Assembly (NCBI RefSeq): GCF_006345805.1
Contig: NW_021827335.1
Coordinates: 1 to 10,611, forward strand
Source: Octopus sinensis
Taxonomy: Eukaryota
DNA: 10,611 nucleotides
Direction of reading: 5' to 3'
The notes beneath the pieces were generated by a model, which was given only the letters and a program-made list of their open reading frames with translations, was not told where the DNA came from and did not search any database. The translations under genes were made by a program, and so were the position numbers. Shown one piece after another: positions 8,108-10,611 of this stretch (positions are counted from its first letter, which is position 1; the number at the start of each line of letters is the position of its first letter).

Positions 8108-8394
8108 GGAGAAAGGGGTACGTTACGCCGCAATAATATATGTATAAAACTTATATATAAAATGTACAAAAGGGGACAAGAACGCAAACTACACATAGAG
8201 ACGACATAAAAAAACAGACAGGTCATTCGAAGCCTCTAATCTTCAGTCAGGAACCGGATCATCTTAGCAATTTCGGCTGATTAATCCCGATATCGCTCCG
8301 ATCCAGCCAGCCCCAAGGAAAAACTAAGCTCCGAGCATTAGATTTCTTGGAAAAAGGATCGAATGTATACGAAACAAAGACAGAAAACCGGACG
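8108..8394. mobile_element. Unclassified repeat-like segment embedded between (TA)n tracts
   Basis: About 290 bp, more GC-rich than its flanks, bounded by (TA)n at about 8086-8107 and 8396-8413. It resembles an octopus repeat from memory; no ORF recognised. Confidence 0.45.
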
Positions 8395-8414
8395 GTATAT
8401 ATATATATATATAC

Positions 8415-8660
8415 GGTAGTCTTTCATTCGCGCACGAAAGGCGGTTCTACAATTTTTTCCCGAAAAGACCTCCACAAAATAATTTGTTGCTTGAACAAAT
8501 GGTTCGGTGTGTCATACATGTAAGGAGTCGAAGTTATCGCCGAGTAACATGAGTTGAAGTGTTCTGCTCAAGAATATAAGGCACCACACGTTCCAGGTAT
8601 TGAAATCACGATCTCCTGATTGTGAGTACAACGCCCTAACCCTCAGGCCGTGTGCCCCCA
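8415..8660 (-). mobile_element. tRNA-derived SINE sharing the head/CORE of the 1399-1670 SINE but with a different 3' body
   Basis: The reverse complement GGGGCACACGGCCTGAGGGTTAGGGCGTTGTACTCACAATCAGGAGATCGTGATTTCAATACCTGGAACGTGTGGTGCCTTATATTCTTGAGC aligns to 1401-1491. B box-like at 8596-8607. No Meta-like motif downstream. Confidence 0.78.
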
Positions 8661-8690
8661 CCACACAAATATTTCATGTATTACATAAAA

Positions 8691-8918
8691 TATGTGTGCG
8701 TGTGTGAATGCGTTTGTCTTCGCTTTCCCCACGGCCCGACAGCCATGTTAATTTGTTTACGTATGCCTTAGCGGTTCAACCAACGAGTCCAATAGAATAA
8801 GTACAGGTCTTTAAAAATATCGTAAGTATTAGGGTCTCTTTGTTTCTGCAAAAAACCCCTCCAGACGGTGCTCTAGCATGGCCGCACTCCAATCACTGAG
8901 ACAAGTAAAAGGCAGAAG
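8691..8918 (+). mobile_element. 3' half of the microsatellite-containing SINE family
   Basis: Starts with (TG)n, then CTTAGCGGTTC, AATAGAATAAGTAC, the tail GACGGTGCTCTAGCATGGCCGCA and ACAAGTAAAAG. Same strand as the head at 7664-7812. Confidence 0.82.
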
Positions 8919-9409
8919 AGGATTAGACTGCCGTGTACGTGAATGCTTTCTTTCTTTTTGTAAACAATTGCGCAAATAACGAGAGAGCGGTAGAGAACAA
9001 GAATTAATTATAACAGGGGTCTTCTATCATCATCTGCGACGTAGGTGAGTAAAGTGTCTTTTTCCTAAATGCTTAAATAGATTTGTGTAAATAATGAGAC
9101 GAGTAATAAGAGTAATGCAAAAGAAAACAACGAATAAACAAAACAAATAAAGTATGCAAAGCTATACAAACCTCGCCGCCAAAAGCAAGAAGAAATAAAC
9201 GGGGAATTTCGATGGTAAATACATTACAGAATTAGAGAAAGAGTTTCGTGCACGAATTATTAAACTTGATAGCTGTAAATATTTTCTTTCGCTGTTAAAA
9301 GAAACCGAAGCCAAATGAGAGGAGAGAATATTTGTCTTCTATTGAAAGGTCGCATTTCATAAAATCGAGTCTTTCTCTTCTGCTGACGATTGAAACGTTT
9401 TGACATACA

Positions 9410-9410
<1 letters not shown>

Positions 9411-9466
<56 letters not shown>

Positions 9467-9478
9467 ACACACACACAC
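9411..9478. repeat. (AC)n microsatellite: 26 pure units, then an interrupted extension
   Basis: Read directly from the sequence. Confidence 0.97.
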
Positions 9479-9535
9479 TGAGAATGGTATAATTAATTTT
9501 ATGTATTTAGTTTTGTTTTGGTTATCTTTTATCGC

Positions 9536-9897
9536 TTACTTGTTACTTTCATGGGCCTGCGGCCATGCTGGGGCATCGCCTTTAAGGGTTTATTCTAATT
9601 TTATTTATATTAAAGCCTTGTATTTAATCTATTTATTTAAAAGTCTGGTATTTATTTTAAAGCTTGGTATTTAATCTACCGGTCACTTTTGCCGAAGTGC
9701 TAAGTTATGGGACATACAGAAACCAACACCAGTTCTCAAACAGTGGTAGAGGACAAACACAATGGTACACACACACATACACACATACGTACACACACAC
9801 GCACTCTCAAGCAAGCATGGTACACACACATACACACATACGTACACACACACGCACTCTCAAGCAAGCATCACAACCACACAGCTATGCGTGCTCC
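9536..9897 (-). mobile_element. SINE copy (3' half, internal microsatellite, short head remnant)
   Basis: Tail TGCGGCCATGCTGGGGCATCGCC (9558-9580); body colinear with 3229-3440; (CA)-rich tract at 9766-9855; head remnant AAGCAAGC...ACCACACAGCTATGCGTGC (9862-9894). Confidence 0.8.
9762..9869. repeat. Tandem duplication of 55 + 53 bp units
   Basis: ATGGT(AC)5ATACACACATACGTACACACACACGCACTCTCAAGCAAGC at 9762-9816 is repeated at 9817-9869 with one fewer AC. Confidence 0.95.
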
Positions 9898-9915
9898 TTT
9901 TATATACCAAAACAT

Positions 9916-9945
9916 ACGCAGAGTCACGCAGAGTCACGCACAGTC
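9916..9945. repeat. 10-bp tandem repeat, 3 copies
   Basis: ACGCAGAGTC ACGCAGAGTC ACGCACAGTC. Confidence 0.9.
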
Positions 9946-10537
9946 AAGATAAAATAAGATAAACCTGGTATAAATGAAACGGAGAAGAACCAATAAAAAT
10001 TAACCGAGACCGTCAGTAACATGTAATTAAACAGCAAAGATGAATATCGTTTTGTTGCATAATTAACAAAAATAAATTCCTGATGGAATTATCTCCGATT
10101 TCAGAGAGAGTGGACAAATCTCTTAAAATGAAAAGGAGAGATACTACATATCAAGAATCAAGAATTTCTTCATAAGTGACAGGTCGTTAAAGAAATAGCA
10201 GTCTGGTAGTCCGAGGACAAGAGGACAGCTGTATCAAATGTTTCTGCTTCAATAAGTATCGTCAACACAGCAGAAAAGGACATATCGAATTTAGAGGATT
10301 CTTTCTTCTTGACATGAATCCTCTCTCATAATTTAGATTTGGTACTAAATGCTACAAATAACTTGTCTACCCGCTCTGAAACGCACATAATTTCAATAAA
10401 TTATGAAATTATCTTCTATGTTAATTTAAATATCGTTTTTCATTTTTGTTGCTCAGACTCATGCTACTGGCCTTTCTGAGTTACACCCCTTGGTCTTTGA
10501 CGATATATTTGTTTTTAACTATATATTTCTATACAAG

Positions 10538-10611
10538 CACACATACACACGAACACGTGCATACATACATACATGCACACACTCACGCACGTGCAAACAC
10601 ACTAAACAACA
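10538..10611. repeat. Degenerate (CA)/(CATA)-rich microsatellite running to the window end
   Basis: Read directly from the sequence. Confidence 0.85.

Noticed and set aside
8215-8260. Second hammerhead-like motif on the minus strand (CTGAAGA...CTTCGAATGAC)
   Set aside because: I could not form helix I or helix III, and helix II overlaps the core, so it is not called as a ribozyme.
9260-9962. THTH/CVCV-rich ORFs (also 3321-3512)
   Set aside because: They are (CA)n microsatellite and SINE-derived sequence.
10293-10324. 9-bp inverted repeat AGAGGATTC/GAATCCTCT, considered as a SECIS or terminator
   Set aside because: It lacks the ATGA/GA quartet geometry and apical AA arrangement of a SECIS; an isolated 9-bp stem is unremarkable.
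10165-10330. About 50-codon stop-free minus-strand frame in complex sequence, a possible exon
   Set aside because: It is bounded by stops, has no consistent acceptor/donor pair and shows no recognisable protein motif.
1-10611. CRISPR array or prokaryotic operon
   Set aside because: There are no regularly spaced repeats with unique spacers. The recurring 23-nt motif occurs on both strands at irregular kb spacing and is a SINE tail.

Overview
AT-rich, microsatellite-dense eukaryotic non-coding DNA. The repeat families match those I recall from Octopus genomes; this is recognition from memory, not a database search. I found no credible host-gene exon: the supplied ORFs are microsatellite translations, antisense shadows or broken pieces of transposase relics, or short unsupported frames. 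The window is a nested transposon graveyard. It holds a dead mariner (1-588, minus), a very old LINE RT relic, several tRNA-derived SINE families, an internally deleted DD37D (maT-type) transposon inserted into a SINE's internal microsatellite (3495-4381), and short elements embedded in (TA)n tracts. Three observations stand out. (1) A selenocysteine tRNA (anticodon TCA) copy at 7115-7201 (minus) is structurally intact except for its first 5 nt, and is followed 34 nt later by a SINE-type 3' tail and an A-rich end, which resembles a tRNA-Sec-headed retroposon. (2) A Penelope-type minimal hammerhead ribozyme candidate with a variant core lies at 2050-2087. (3) A 5-bp/4-nt hairpin shows compensatory changes across SINE tail copies.
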